Origin: Octopus vulgaris | Lineage: Eukaryota | NCBI GenBank assembly: GCA_951406725.2 | Contig: OX597826.1 | Span: forward strand, 33,418,001-33,482,000 | DNA length: 64,000 bases | Direction: 5' to 3' | Shown: piece by piece, positions 1 to 13,042 of the stretch | Layout of the letters: every line of letters starts with the position of its first letter | Numbering within the stretch: position 1 is the first letter of the stretch | Notes under the pieces: model-generated | What the model saw: only the letters and a program-made list of their open reading frames with translations | Database searches by the model: none | Told to the model about the DNA's origin: nothing | Position numbers and translations under genes: made by a program

Positions 1-38
<38 letters not shown>

Positions 39-60
39 CATTTACATATACATATACACA

Positions 61-440
61 GGCATGGCTGTGTGGTAATAAATTTGTTTTTGGGTTCATT
101 CCCACTGCATGACATTTTAGGCAAGTGTCTTCTATAGCCTTACACTGACCAAAGCCTTGTGAGTGGATTTGGCAGACGGAGACTGAAAGAAGTCTGTCAT
201 ATATGTGTGTGTGTGTGCATGTTTGTGTGTCTGTGTTTGTCCCCCCACCATTGCTTGACAACTGATGTTGATGTATTTACATCCCTGTAACTTAGCGGTT
301 TGGCAAAACAGACTGATAAAATAAGTAGTAGGCTTACAAAGAATAAATCCTGGGGTCGATTCATTTTGACTAAAGGTGGTGCTCCAGCATGGTCACAGTC
401 AAATGACTGAAACAAGTAAAAGACAAAAAAGAATAAAAGA
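61..440 (+). mobile_element. tRNA-headed SINE, family A (central TA/TG microsatellite)
   Basis: A-box-like TGGCTGTGTGG and B-box-like GGGTTCATTCCC; the body and A-rich tail align by eye to the intact copy at 61928-62340. Confidence 0.8.
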
Positions 441-474
441 TATATGCATATGAATGTATGTACATTCTTTGACC

Positions 475-690
475 TTTTATTTGTTTCAGGCATTAGACTG
501 TGGCCATGCTGGAGCACTGTCTTGAAGAATTTTTGTTTAGTCAAATAAATTGACCTTAACACTTTTTGTAAAGTCTTGTACTTATTTTATCGGTCTTATT
601 TACCAAACGACGAAGTTAAAAGAATGTAAGCTCAACAAAACCAGTTCAAGCAGTCGTGGGAAACAAATACACACACACACATGCATTTAT
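475..690 (-). mobile_element. SINE family A, 3' half
   Basis: cttgtttcaggcattagactgtggccatgctggagcac is the reverse complement of the family A tail. Confidence 0.65.
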
Positions 691-697
691 TTATATG

Positions 698-754
<57 letters not shown>

Positions 755-830
755 TTTATTTTAAGCAGCAGAAAATTCAACAAAATCTGTTACTCTGAGT
801 TTCTCGTTGCCGTTCATCAGACAGTTTTTG

Positions 831-861
<31 letters not shown>

Positions 862-1003
862 AACACACACAGACACACATATGCATACACACACTAAGCA
901 AAGCAATAACAAAAGCAGCAATGAGTCATGAAAGGTGCCTTTTCATTGACGTTGGATTAGCTAAAAGTAGCAGCCAAATATTCCTGAGATTGGGATGTAA
1001 TTA

Positions 1004-1567
1004 TGAGGGTGAGTCAAAAAGGAATGCCATTTTGTTTAGGACAGGTACAATTACCAACGCAGGAACATGTACCATGCATCAAAATTAAGCTGGTCCTCTG
1101 TGGATCACATCCCTACTTCTCAACATAGTCACCATTTCTCTCAATAGCAATGTTCCACCTTTGAATGAGAGCATGAATCCCTGCCCCGTAAAATTCTGTT
1201 GACTGTTCTTTGAGCCACTTCTTTACTACAGTTTTCACTCCCACATCACTGAAATAATATTTGCCTCTCAAACTCTCATGGGGCCAAAGAAATGATAGTT
1301 TGAAGGTGCTAAATTATTCCAGTGATGAGGAAGTGAAGACTGTAGTGAACAAATGGCTCAAAGGATAGTCAACAGAATTTTACGGGGCAGGGATACATGC
1401 TCTCATTTGAAGGTGCAACATTGCTATCGAGAGAAATGGTGACTATGTTGAGAAGTAGGGATGTGATCCACAGAGGACCAGCTTCATTTTGATGTATGAT
1501 ACATGTTCCTGTGTTGGTAATTATACCTGTCCTAAACAAAATGGCATTACTTTTTGACTCACCCTCA
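1004..1567. mobile_element. Mariner-derived fold-back MITE with ~260-bp inverted arms and a TA TSD
   Basis: TA|TGAGGGTGAGTCAAAAAG... at 1002 and ...CTTTTTGACTCACCCTCA|TA at 1569; arms ~1004-1262 and ~1310-1567; the right arm translates to the mariner C-terminus SDEEVKTVVNKWLKG*STEFYGAGIHALI*RCNIAIERNGDYVEK*. Confidence 0.9.
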
Positions 1568-1824
1568 TACTTAAATAAAGAATGCATTAGAAAATATATC
1601 ACTTGATCTAACAGAAAAAAAAATTAAGGATTGCTATGATTGGAATAGCTTAAATCTGCTACTTTAGAGTTGATCTGGTGCTAACAACAAAATCAACAGT
1701 AACAACTTCAATAGCAATACATTTTAATATAATTCATTGAAACATATACTTCAGAAGATGGCATGGTCTGAAATACAAGGAAAACGCCTCAGGTCTAAAA
1801 GCTCTAGTATTTGGGAACATGAGG

Positions 1825-1932
1825 GAAAGAGAGAAAGAAGGAGAGAGAGAGAGACATAAAGAGAGAGAGAGACATAAAGAGAGAGAGAGAGGGAGAAAGA
1901 AAGAGAGAGAGAGAAAGAAAGAAAGAGAGAGA
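1825..1932. repeat. (GA)n/(GAAA)n purine microsatellite
   Basis: Directly visible. Confidence 0.9.
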
Positions 1933-2442
1933 TGTTGCTAAAGGATTATTTGAAGAATCATAGGATACCCTCAACTTGGAACCAATTTTAATGACAGCTG
2001 ACAAGATGCTTACAAAGACACCGTGTGAACTTGATCTCCTTTTAGAAGTACCCAGCTGTTGAGTTGTTTATTTGAGAGATTTAGAAACTTGACAACAATC
2101 ACTTGAAATGTTAAAGATCACTTGAATAGATCTCCACATCTCTCTCTCTCTCTCTTGCCCCATGCCAAAGAGCCTCCATGTTCACTGGGTTACAATCAGG
2201 GTAGTGTAGCAACCAGCCTCAAGCAATTTATTGATACATCACCTTGAGACAGATGGAGTCAGTCCTAAAGAGAAAAGAAAATAGTTTAGGATCAGGAACA
2301 TATGCTAATCTAAAGAAGTAGAAATACAATGAAATGAGATTCAGTGCTTGCAGGAATGCTCCAGCAAGGTCGGGACCTGCAATCGTTTAATCAAAAACTA
2401 AACAAACCAATATAAATTGTTTTGCAATACTAAAGTCTTCAT

Positions 2443-2660
2443 AAGATGGTGAGCTGACAGAATTGTTAGAACACCAGGCAAAATGCTTAGCGGTATTTCG
2501 TCTGTCTTTACATTCTGAGTTCAAATGCTGCCAAGGTCAACTTTGTCTTTCATCCTTTTGGGGTCGATAAATTAAGTACCAGTTGTGAAATGAGGTTGAT
2601 CTAATCGACTGGCTCACTCTCCGAAAATTTCGAGCCTTGTGCCTAGAGTAGAAAAGAATA
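2443..2660 (+). mobile_element. tRNA-headed SINE, family B, near full length
   Basis: Head gagctgacagaattgttag, B-box GAGTTCAAATG, conserved core ctttcatccttttggggtcgataaattaagtacc (resembles the Meta-SINE domain, from memory), tail gtgcctagagtagaaaagaata. Confidence 0.8.
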
Positions 2661-2809
2661 CTAAATTCTATGTTTCTGCTACATTTAATCATATTAAGTT
2701 TTGAAAATTCAAACACATCCTACTGTCAGCAATGTTCGTGTGCATATGCAAGTGTATAGCCACATGTCTAACTGACATATTTTTTTTTACACTCATATAT
2801 GCACCTAAA

Positions 2810-3360
2810 TGGATGTTATTATTTAGTTCTATTTCAAGTTTTCTTGCCAATAGAGAAAGAATTGGTTTCTAACCTAGATCCAAGGTTTCTTCAATGGAAT
2901 TTCAACAACATCAACAGGGTATTTTTTTATGTATGTGCAGATTTTTGTTTTATTTTGTATATGTCTTTTCATGCATATAGTTGCATATCTAGACATGCTC
3001 ATATATATTTAAATGATAAACTTCTGGAAAGTTTTACAGATTTTTACAGTTCCAGTGATGGCTTGGATCTGCAGTCTTCAAATCAGCTTTCTCCTTTCTA
3101 GTTTTGAAAAGCCTAATTTCTCAAGATTGTACTTTGGCAATGTGCTATATATCCCAGTGCCCTAATAATTACAGGTATAAACCTGAACTTGTAATCTGAA
3201 TAGAGTAACTGCAGATTTCTCAATAGTCCAGCATAGGTGTTCTCTTTTTCCCTGATCTTCAGCTTTATGTTAACATCTGTTGGGCAGCTGACTCCCACAA
3301 CTATACATAGTTTCTCTTCTCCATCCCAAATCATTATACCAGGTCTGTTGTGTTTAGAAA
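2810..3360 (-). mobile_element. 3' fragment of an RLE-type (R4/Dong-like) non-LTR retrotransposon
   Basis: Minus strand reads KHNRPGIMIWDGEEKLCIVVGVSCPTDVN...EKENTY...FIPVIIRALG, i.e. PD-(D/E)xK RLE motifs, followed by a 3' UTR. Confidence 0.8.
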
Positions 3361-3376
3361 TTATATATGTATGTCA

Positions 3377-3686
3377 TGTAAAAGGGCACCATTCGAGCGT
3401 GATCATTACCAACGTCGCCTTACTGGTACCTGTGCTGGTGGCATGTGTAAAAAGATTCGAGCGAGGTCATTGCCAGTACTGCCTGACTGGCCCCCATGCC
3501 CGTGGCACATAAAAAGCACCCACTACACACTTGGAGTGGTTGGTGTTAGGAAGGGCATCCAGCTGTAGAAACTCTGCCAAATCAAGATTGGAGCCTGGTG
3601 CAGCCATCTGGTTCGCCAGCCCTCAGTCAAATCATCCAACCCATGCTAGCATGGAAAGTGGACGTTAAATGATGATGATGATGATG
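3377..3686 (+). mobile_element. SINE-like family C with internal repeats and a (GAT)n tail
   Basis: aaaagcacccactacac...ggaagggcatccagctgtag...cccatgctagcatggaaagtggacgttaaat(gat)n; recurs at 8532, 21990 and 46242. Confidence 0.75.
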
Positions 3687-3687
3687 T

Positions 3688-4030
3688 CATTATTCAGTTT
3701 TATTTCAAGATTTCTTGCCAATAGAAAAAGAGCCAGTTTCTAATCTAAATCCAAGGCTCCATCATTGGAATTTCAACAACAGGAACTGAGCATTTTTGTG
3801 CGTACGTATGTATTCATACAGATTTGTATGTTTTTTTTTATGCATTTATTCTCATGCATATAGCTACATATCTAGACATGCTCTTATATACTTAAATGAT
3901 AAACTTCTGTAAAATTTTACATCTTTTTACAGTTCCAGCGATGGTTTGGATCTGCAGTCTTTAAATCAGCTTTCTCCTTTCTGGTTTTGAGAAGCCTAAT
4001 TTCTCAAGATTGGTATTTAGGAAATGTATT
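3688..4030 (-). mobile_element. Second, shorter copy of the same RLE-element 3' end
   Basis: Direct repeat of 2815-3150 (ttcttgccaatag...cagctttctcctttc...gcctaatttctcaagatt). Confidence 0.8.
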
Positions 4031-4032
4031 AC

Positions 4033-4067
<35 letters not shown>

Positions 4068-5093
4068 TAAAACATTAGGATCATATATATATATATATAT
4101 ATCTGTGATTCACTAGAAGTGTTAAATTTCTGGACTCAATACAAATGTAGAGTATTCTTCAATGCCTTATAACTGAAAGGCTCCAATTGCCAGTACTCTG
4201 AGCTGCTCATTCCAGATCATCACCTGGTAAACAGAGTTCGATTCTCTTTTAAATATACACTCTCTGGCTACTTTTTGAAATATGAAACGAGAGTTTGAAT
4301 GAAATGCTTATCTTCATGTTGTTTCATTAAAAAACCTTTATGAATAACATGTATGAAAATAGCTGCTTCAAGCTCAGGTTTTTGATTTCATTTCTGGTTT
4401 ATGATTTCAATTGTATGGAAGTTTATGATGTTTATAATGAAATTACCACGACAACCAGAAACGATATCAAAAGTGTAAGCTTGAAGCAGCCATTCTTGCA
4501 TGTGTCATTCACAAAGGTTTTTGAACAAAAGAACATAAGGATAAAGTTTTCCTTTAAACTTTCATTTCATATTTCAAAACATATTCAGACAATGGATGTT
4601 CAAAAGAAAACCAGAATTGGTTTACCAGCTGGTAATCGGAAATGAGCAACATGGAGCACTGGAAATGGGAAGCTTTCAGTTATAATATATATATGGTGGT
4701 GCATCAGCATGGCCGCAGCGCTTAAGACTACATGTGTCTGAGGAGCTCTCAGCCACTTTCCTGTTAATTTCCCAAGCAGGCTGTTCCATTGGTTGGATGA
4801 ACTGGTACGCTTGTCGTCAGAACTGACAGAGTGCCATTTATTCGTTCCTCTTCTTGGAGTTATTACTCTTCACACTGCTCTAGTTCTTGCCTTTATTGTT
4901 GTTATTGTTGCTAAAGTTATTGTTCTCATCATTGTTCATATTATTGCTTTTGCAGAAGCAGTGTTCTTGTTGTTGTTGTTGTGTATATTGTTGCCAAATT
5001 TGAACTCAGATCATAAAGACAGACGAAATGCCACTAAACATTTTGCCCAATGTGCTAATGATTCTGCCGGCTTGCAACCATACTACTACTACT

Positions 5094-5129
<36 letters not shown>

Positions 5130-5214
5130 CCAACTTGCCACCATAATAATAATAATAATAATAACAATAATAATAACAATAATAATAATAATAATAATAA
5201 TATTAATAATAATA

Positions 5215-5660
5215 GTATTAAAAGATGGGCTACAGCAAATGTTCTGCTGAATACCACAGATTTTCTTGTCAATTGTTTGACCTTACCCAAATGAGCATGT
5301 CCCTTGGTGGCTGACAATATGTGCATCTCTGATCAGTAGCAGAAGTAGTGGGAGAGCATCATAGCCATGTGTTGATAGGAATTTTTGGGGGTTTGGATAA
5401 TTCATCTCTGGAAACATGGGTGTTTTGTTCAACGTCCTTAAACAACCCTTATTCAGGGACCTTTTGAGCAGGATGGGCTACTCAACCTTAATTAACATTC
5501 TAACTGGGCCCTACCTGCTGGGTCACATGTTGTTTATCTCGATATGAGACCATCATGTCATGCAGATATGGTTGTGATGCATGTGCTTGGTGTACCCTTA
5601 TCCGATGGGTAACCATAATGTGTATAGTGGGCTCTGTATATTTGAGGGTTTTAAGCAATT
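5215..5660. repeat. Interspersed repeat of unknown class, preceded by (AAT)n
   Basis: Homologous to 31260-31670 (atgggctacagcaaat...tgtacccttatc). Confidence 0.7.
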
Positions 5661-5759
5661 GAAGGACAGCTGGAAACTTATGGATATCTAAGATTACAAG
5701 CAGTAATCTGCTAATCCACTTAAATCCTACCAGGAATAAGAACAAACCTGAGCTTTGTT

Positions 5760-6177
5760 TCTATAATAACAGCGACGATAACCACAATAACAACGACAAA
5801 AGTAGCAGCAGCAGCAACAACAACAACAGGCAGTACAACAATCACCTCAGCAACAATAATAACAACAACAACAACAACAACAATAGCCTCAATAACAACA
5901 AAATCACTAATAACAATGAACAAAACAGCTACAACAAAAACTATACCAACTGCACAAAACAATGGAACGACTGCTAATACAATCAACATTGAACGTAACT
6001 TTCAGAAATTCATGAGAACAACAACAACAACAACAACAGCAATAAGAATAGCTAGAGGCTCAAATATTTCTTTCTCATTATCATCAACATCATCAATTGT
6101 AACGAATTGAATGTGACAACAAAATATATAAGAACATGCTTGATATTCAACAAAAACTGGACAAATCACTAGAGAAG

Positions 6178-6216
<39 letters not shown>

Positions 6217-6288
6217 CGATGATGATGGTGATGGTGATGGTAATGATGAAGGTGATGAAAATAATAATAATAACAACGACGATGATGG

Positions 6289-6335
<47 letters not shown>

Positions 6336-6873
6336 GTAATGATGATGGTGATGAAAATAATAATAATAATGAGAAGAAGAAAATAATAATAATAATGATA
6401 ACAACGACGATGATGGTGACGATGACGACAGTGATAATAATAACGGTAATAGTAATAATAATAATAAAAACAACAAAAATAACAGCAACAACAATAAGAA
6501 ATAAAAGAAATCACCGAGAGAACTATATAAATGCACACACACACACACACACGCACACACACACACACACACACGCACACACACACACGCACACACACAC
6601 ACCATTGCAGCAATCTTACATATGCAGACTTGCATACAGGCAGACACTCATGTAGCACCGTCACTATACAACGAACATACATACATCCATATACACACAT
6701 ACAGACAACATATGACAAGTACATGCACCTACGTGTACATATATATATATGTGTGTGTATACATGTGGGTGTTATATATATATATATATATTCACACTCA
6801 CACACCTATGCATATAGCAATCACAGACACTATATATGTGTGTGTGTATATATGTATATATATGGATAGATAC

Positions 6874-6912
<39 letters not shown>

Positions 6913-6947
6913 CATACATACATACATACATACACAGAAACACATAC

Positions 6948-6992
<45 letters not shown>

Positions 6993-7050
6993 CATATCCA
7001 CACTCACACACTTATACATGTAGCAATCAGAGACACTATATATATAACAG
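5760..7050. repeat. Compound microsatellite block (AAC, GAT, AAT, CA, GATA, TA)
   Basis: Directly visible; explains the low-complexity ORFs here. Confidence 0.9.
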
Positions 7051-7970
7051 ACTTGTACATGAATACATATTCACAGGTATCCACATGTTTGCACACAAAC
7101 ACACAGACAAACAAGCACACACATGCAGTAGTCACAGATTATATAATATTCCTACATGTAAACACCGTACACATTTGTCTTCTGTTTTTTTCTTCTTCTT
7201 TTTCTTTTCGGTGCTGCAAGAATGCTTGGTCAGCAGCAATTTCTGGAATATTTCTTGGAGATGAAGAAATGAAAAATTGCTGAAAATAGCAATAATTTTT
7301 TTCTCTCTTTTCACTTCAGTTCTGAAAGAAGATTATTTCTACAGAAAATATCAAATATAAAAAAGCAAAGTGTTCAAATCCAGCGAGGGGAATATATTTT
7401 TGGTTAATCACTGGAGGCATGTTGCTGTTGTGGTTGTTGCTGCTACTGTTGTGGCGGCGTTAGTGGCAGTCGCAATGGAGGAAGTGGAGGTGTATGCAGA
7501 TGTGAGCTGAGTAAGAAATGTCTATTCCTAACTGCTTCCCGTCCAATGTGGGTGGCTGATATCGATTTAGATATGTGTGTCACATCCTTTTCTGGATTTA
7601 AACACACAATTACCTAAATGCATTTACACAAATATACTGACATTTATGTATGTATGTATGTATGTATGTATGTATGTATGTATATATATATATATATATA
7701 TAAATATATATATAATTGACACAGGGAGAGATAAACATAGATGGGAAAATAGATAAATAGATACAAAATCTTTGGGCTTTAAACGTGCTGAAACTACATT
7801 GATTTTAATCCCCATGGCTGATGAGAGGCATTCTATGTTTAATTGTTATCTTCTGTTAATCATTTTCATCTCTTCCTTTGATTGCCACTTTATGTACATA
7901 CATGCATACATATATATAGATATATGTATGTGTGTAAGTGTATGTATGTATACACACACACACATGCACA

Positions 7971-8518
7971 TAGAGGATGCAATGGGTAAATCGTTGCTGT
8001 TTTATATTTTTAATTTCGTGCATGCACATTATTTGATTTTGATTTTGTTGGGTACCATCTGTGAGAAAAACTGTACCATGATGCAATTCATTCTACCAGA
8101 AATTCGGAAACGACATGCTATACTGCTTAGCATTCTTGCTGGAAGCTCCAACATGATCATTTCAGAATGTTTGGGTGTCAGTCTGAGGACATTGCAATCC
8201 GAGGACTGTACCAAGCATGATACAAAGCGAGCATCCAGTCAACATCATGGTTTTTGGAATGATCACTAGTGATGGCAATGTTATGCCTTCATTCATATTC
8301 ACACACAGCCTCAGACTCAAAATGGAAGCCTACATCAAGTGCCTGAAGTCGTCTGGATATCGAGGTTGAAGCCAATGGTGATTTTATTGAATAAATTTAC
8401 TCTTTGGTATTTCAAGATATTTTTATGCAATTTTGGTAAATATATCTGTTAAAATGGGATGCTAGTGTTATTTTCATTTTTGTGCAATTTAGACAACAGT
8501 TTATTCACTGCACCCTGT
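7971..8518 (+). mobile_element. Internally deleted Tc1/mariner-superfamily remnant (DD37D/maT-like)
   Basis: Degenerate TIRs (tagaggatgcaatgggtaaatcgttg / caacagtttattcactgcaccctg); 8228-8345 reads HPVNIMVFGMITSDGNVMPSFIFTHSLRLKMEAYIKCL, like the HP.SVMVWG motif. Confidence 0.65.
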
Positions 8519-8531
8519 GTGTGTGTGTATA

Positions 8532-8933
8532 TCATCATCATCATCGATTAACGTCCATTTTCATGCTGGCATGGGTTAGACGGTCTGGAGAGCCAGCGGT
8601 TGCAATAAGCTCCAATCTGGTCTGGCAGAGTTTCTACTGCTGGATGCCCTTCCTAACACCAACCACACCAAGAGTGTAGTGGGTGCTTTTATGTGCCACC
8701 GGCTCAGGAGCCAATAGGGCAAACCTGGCAACGATCACGTTTGGATGGTGCTTTTTATGTGTCATTAGTGCAGGTGCCAGTCATGGGGTGCTAACATTGG
8801 TCACGATCAGTTGGTGCTTTTTACATGCCACAAGCACAGGAGCCAGTCAGAGGGACCTGGCATCGACCACATTTGGACGGTGCTTTTTACATGCCATCAG
8901 TATGGGAACCAGTTATGGGACAACGGCCATAGC
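8532..8933 (-). mobile_element. SINE-like family C with four ~66-bp internal tandem units
   Basis: (ATC)n tail at left; units beginning ggtgcttttta(t/c) at ~8682, 8748, 8813 and 8879. Confidence 0.8.
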
Positions 8934-10071
8934 TATGTTATTGGCTTATTTATACAGACATAGATATATACATACATACATATGCATCCTACCATATATG
9001 TGCACACATACACACATGTATATAAAAACACTTGCATATATATATTTATTAACGTATGTCTACATATGTACATATTCACACATATATTTGTTTGCATATA
9101 TACCCATATATATATATATACATATGTATGTACGTATCTGTCTCTCTGTCTGTCTTTCAATCTCCCTCAATATATATATATATATTTATATATATGTAAG
9201 TGTGATCGTATATTGAGGCCGAAATATGTGTAGAAACTATCTTCGTGACTTCACAAATTCAGGCTGAAAATTACTTCAAAGCATGTCACTAATTGAAAAT
9301 TCTTAATTCTCTAAATTACTACCCCTCGTTTCTTGTTTGGTGGTTGTCCCATTTCATTACTAACCAATTGTTCTGCAAGTCCAGGAAGTAAAATAATCTC
9401 AAAAATCTAAAGTCTATCTTGTACAGTATGTAATATACACTTTTTGGTGATTATTGTTCAGGAGGAACCTCTTGCTAATATCAGCTTATTTTCATTTCAT
9501 TATGCAAATGAATAGGCCATGAATGTGTTCTTTTTTCTTTTTTGTATATACGTGTGTCATGTGTCATCTGTTAAAAATAATGTTGCACTGTGCTGATGAC
9601 ATTTCTTGAGATAGAAACATGTGTTGCCAATTTTTATTTGTTTCCCAGAGAATTAGACATGTCGAATTAAGATGATTTTTTATTATTGAGTTTATCTTGA
9701 TTATTTTGTTACCAGATCCGAATAATAAACTCCTTGAAATCTGGTTTTTCCTCATCAGTCAAAGAAGACTTTTTTTAATCTTTCTAATCAACTGACTGGA
9801 TGTTGAAGAAATTCCAGAGTAACAATAATATAGACAAACTAAAATAATATGTATGTGTGAAAGTGTGTATATATTTACTTAAAAGTCCACATACACATAT
9901 CCACAAACATGCATGCATACACACATGTGCATGTGTATATATATATATTGGAGGTGGATGGAGAGACATTCATCGGAGTCAGAAGACAATGGAACTATAG
10001 AAATACACCTATAATGTCTTGTTTTGGTTTTGTTAGCAGAGACATGTCTACTGTGACTATAATACCTCTCA

Positions 10072-10832
10072 TATTCTTTTCTTACCCTAGGCACAAGGCC
10101 CAAAATTTTTGGGAAGGGAGCTGTTGATTAGAACAGCCCTAGTATGCAACTGGTACTTAATTTTTTGACCTTGAAAGGATGAAAGGCAAAGTCAACCTCG
10201 ACAGAATTTGAACCCGGAATGTAAAGACGGATGAAATACAGCTAAGCATTTTGCCCGGCATGCTAACGATTCTACTAGCTCACCGCCTTAAAAACTATAG
10301 AGACTTTTCTACTCTAGGCAAAAGGATAGTAATTTTGGATGATGGTGGGGGCCAGTTGATTACAACTGGTACTTAATTTATCGAACCCAAAAGGATGAAA
10401 GGCAAAGTCTACATCGGTGGTTTTTAAACTCGGAACATAAAGACACATGAAATGCTGCTAAGCATTTAGCCCAGCGGGCTAACGTTTCTGCCAGCTGACC
10501 ACCTTTTGGCACAATGGCCTGAAATTTGCGAGAGGGGACAAGCCAATATCATCAACCCCAAAATCTACCAATACTTAATTTTTACAGACCTCAGCAGGAT
10601 TCAGACTCAAGATGTCAAGATCCAGAAGAAATACCTTTATATACTACTTTGGGGGGGAGGGGGCAGTCGATTAGATCGACCCCAGTATGCAACTGGTACT
10701 TAATTTATTGACCCCGAAAGGATGAAAGGAAAAGTCAACTTTGGTGGAATTTGAATCAGAACGTAAAGACAGATGAAATACTGCTAAGCATTTCGTCCAG
10801 TGTGCTAACATTTCTGCCAGTTTGCTGCCTTA
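10072..10832 (-). mobile_element. Head-to-tail array of 3-4 SINE family B copies
   Basis: Repeated aactggtacttaattt...aaaggatgaaaggcaaagtc...ctaagcattt blocks. Confidence 0.8.
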
Positions 10833-10839
10833 TAAGGCC

Positions 10840-12020
10840 TCACATATCGAGCAACAAAACCAACTGCAGTGACTGCATTCGATGGCAGTGTCCATTAGTC
10901 TTGTTCTGCTGTAGTTTCACTGTTGAATTTACTTCTTTTCATCAACATGCCTCAGCTTCATCTTTTTGTCTTGTTTCGGTTCTTAGTGACAGAGATCATC
11001 ACCAACGTCCTCCCATTTTTCTCATATTAAGAGACTTGATGTCACTCTTGCAAACCTCTTTGATACAAAGATGCAGTCGCCTTTATGTTCTCCAGAGACC
11101 AGAGACCAGACCATCATGCAATGAGTCTTTTGGAACTCCACAATCTGATAAGATGCCAGGCAGCAGAGGCAACATTGTTGCAAGGGAATGAAGAGGCTGG
11201 GCATGTCTGTGTAACCCAGGGCCTTGTTGGTAGTAATTCAGTCAGTCCACTTGATGTGCAGAATCTCTCAGGCTGCATAGGGAGAAGGCAATGGGACAGC
11301 ACTTTCGTCAGGAGCAGATGCTCCAGGTCTGTCACTGCCACAAAGTGGTGTATTGCTTACACAGGCTCCACAGATTGTGACCTTGATGTGCATCATTCTT
11401 TTCTACTCTAGGCACAAAGCATGAAATTTTTGGGGGAGGGGTGGCCCAATCGATTAGATTGAACCCAGCCCGCAACTGGTACTTAATTTATCGACCCCAA
11501 AAGGATCAAAGGCAAAGTCGACCTCAGCAGAATTTGAACTCAGAATGTAAAGACAGACGAAATACCTATTTCTTTACTACCCTCAAGGGGCTACACACAG
11601 AAAAAGCAAGGACAGACAAATGGATTCAGTCGATTATATTGACGCTAGTGCGTAACTGGTACTTATTCAATCGACCCCGAAAGGATGAAAAGCAAAGTCG
11701 ACCTCGGCGGAATTTGAACTCAGAACGTAGCGGCAGACAAAATACTGCTAAGCATTTCGCCCGGCATGCTAACGATTCTGCCAGCTCGCCTATGATGTGT
11801 ACCATTAGCTACTGTCCTTATGGACTCTTGTTAACATCCTGGAAAGTACCAAAGCTGCTCTCTCAATACGTTGATCTCGAACTCTAGAAAGAATTTTTCA
11901 ATGATGATGGAGCCAAGGTGTGAAGACTTGTTGATTGTTTCCAGCTTGCAGTTGTTGATGGTAATGGTTGGGAAATGCTCAGCTGAAGTTTTGAAGAGTT
12001 CTTCTGAGACTGTCAAGGAA
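10840..12020 (-). pseudogene. Decayed RTE-type LINE RT C-terminal region, split by a SINE B dimer
   Basis: Minus-strand peptides PTITINNCKLETINKSSHLGSII (cf. LE.V..F.YLGS.I) and EILHIKWTD*ITTNKAL..MPS (cf. IL.I.W.D.ITN..VL). Confidence 0.6.
11395..11790 (-). mobile_element. Dimeric SINE family B
   Basis: Two core units joined at ...aaagaaatag|gtatttcgtctg; the same junction occurs at 28815-29220. Confidence 0.85.
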
Positions 12021-12639
12021 GCATTGCTTCTCTAAATGTGTTACCAGTGTCACATAATATGTAAACAGCTTACCCAAATGAAGGTTTCATGTATTTTGGA
12101 TTCCACACTCAATTGAGACAGCTTGATCTTGTCTGAAGCTGACCCCTATCAGCTGATGTAGCAAAAGTGTACTTCATTATGACAGCAAAGAAAATACCAA
12201 ACAGGACAAGGGCAAATACATAGCTTTGTTTCCTTCCACTGTAAATACAAAAGGATTTTGAAATGGTCAGATACATAGATACATATACATACATGAAAGC
12301 ATGGGTGTGTGTATATTTGTGTAGGTGTTTATATATGTGTATATATGTCCCTGTGTTTGTGTGTCTATGGGTTTATGCATTAGTTATGCTTTTTTTTTTG
12401 TTACGAACACAGGAATGCAACAAGAAAGAAATAATGATTATTTGTCAAGTAATTTGTTGAGATTTGTCGAGATTTTTCAGATGGAATGGTTCCTTAGAGA
12501 TATATTGGACATTTCTTTCTGTTTTTCCTTCCTTCTGTAGTAGTTCCGTATTTATATTTGCGGTGGGGGCCACCACTGCAGCTCTGTGCAAAGGTTTTGT
12601 TCAGTTTTTCCATTTTTCTTTGTTTATGTGTATGCATCT

Positions 12640-12996
12640 GGTGTGTGTGCATGTGTGTATGTGTGTGTGTGTGTGTGTGTGCATGTGTGTATGTGTGTGT
12701 GTGAATGTATGTGTGTGTGTGTGCAAACACACGTGTGTGTGTTTATATTGTGCAGCAACTATGTGTATCGTATGCCAATTGTGATAAATATGCCAACGAG
12801 AGATAAAGAGGTTGTGTGTGTAACTTATTTTTTACATTGTTTGCCTTATGCGTATGCATATATAAGTATATATATGTATGTGTGTATGTGTGTATGTGAG
12901 GGTGTATATATGTGTGTGTGTGAATATGTGTGTGTATACATAAATTTATGTATATATGTATATGTATGTATGGGTAAATATATATGTGCATACATA

Positions 12997-13042
<46 letters not shown>

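Noticed and set aside
6002-6805. 267-aa ORF and similar long ORFs (12586, 12743, 19217, 33277, 54757, 55411)
   Set aside because: They are translations of microsatellites (poly-I, YI, CV, HT) with no domain content
8682-8933. Regularly spaced ~66-bp repeats resembling a CRISPR array
   Set aside because: The 'spacers' are homologous to each other, the array lies inside a retroposon, there are no cas genes and the context is eukaryotic
9715-9850. Coding-looking minus-strand stretch (SSLTDEEKPDFKEFIIRI) containing CTGATGAG
   Set aside because: In-frame stop immediately upstream, weak acceptor, and no GAAA/stem arrangement for a hammerhead
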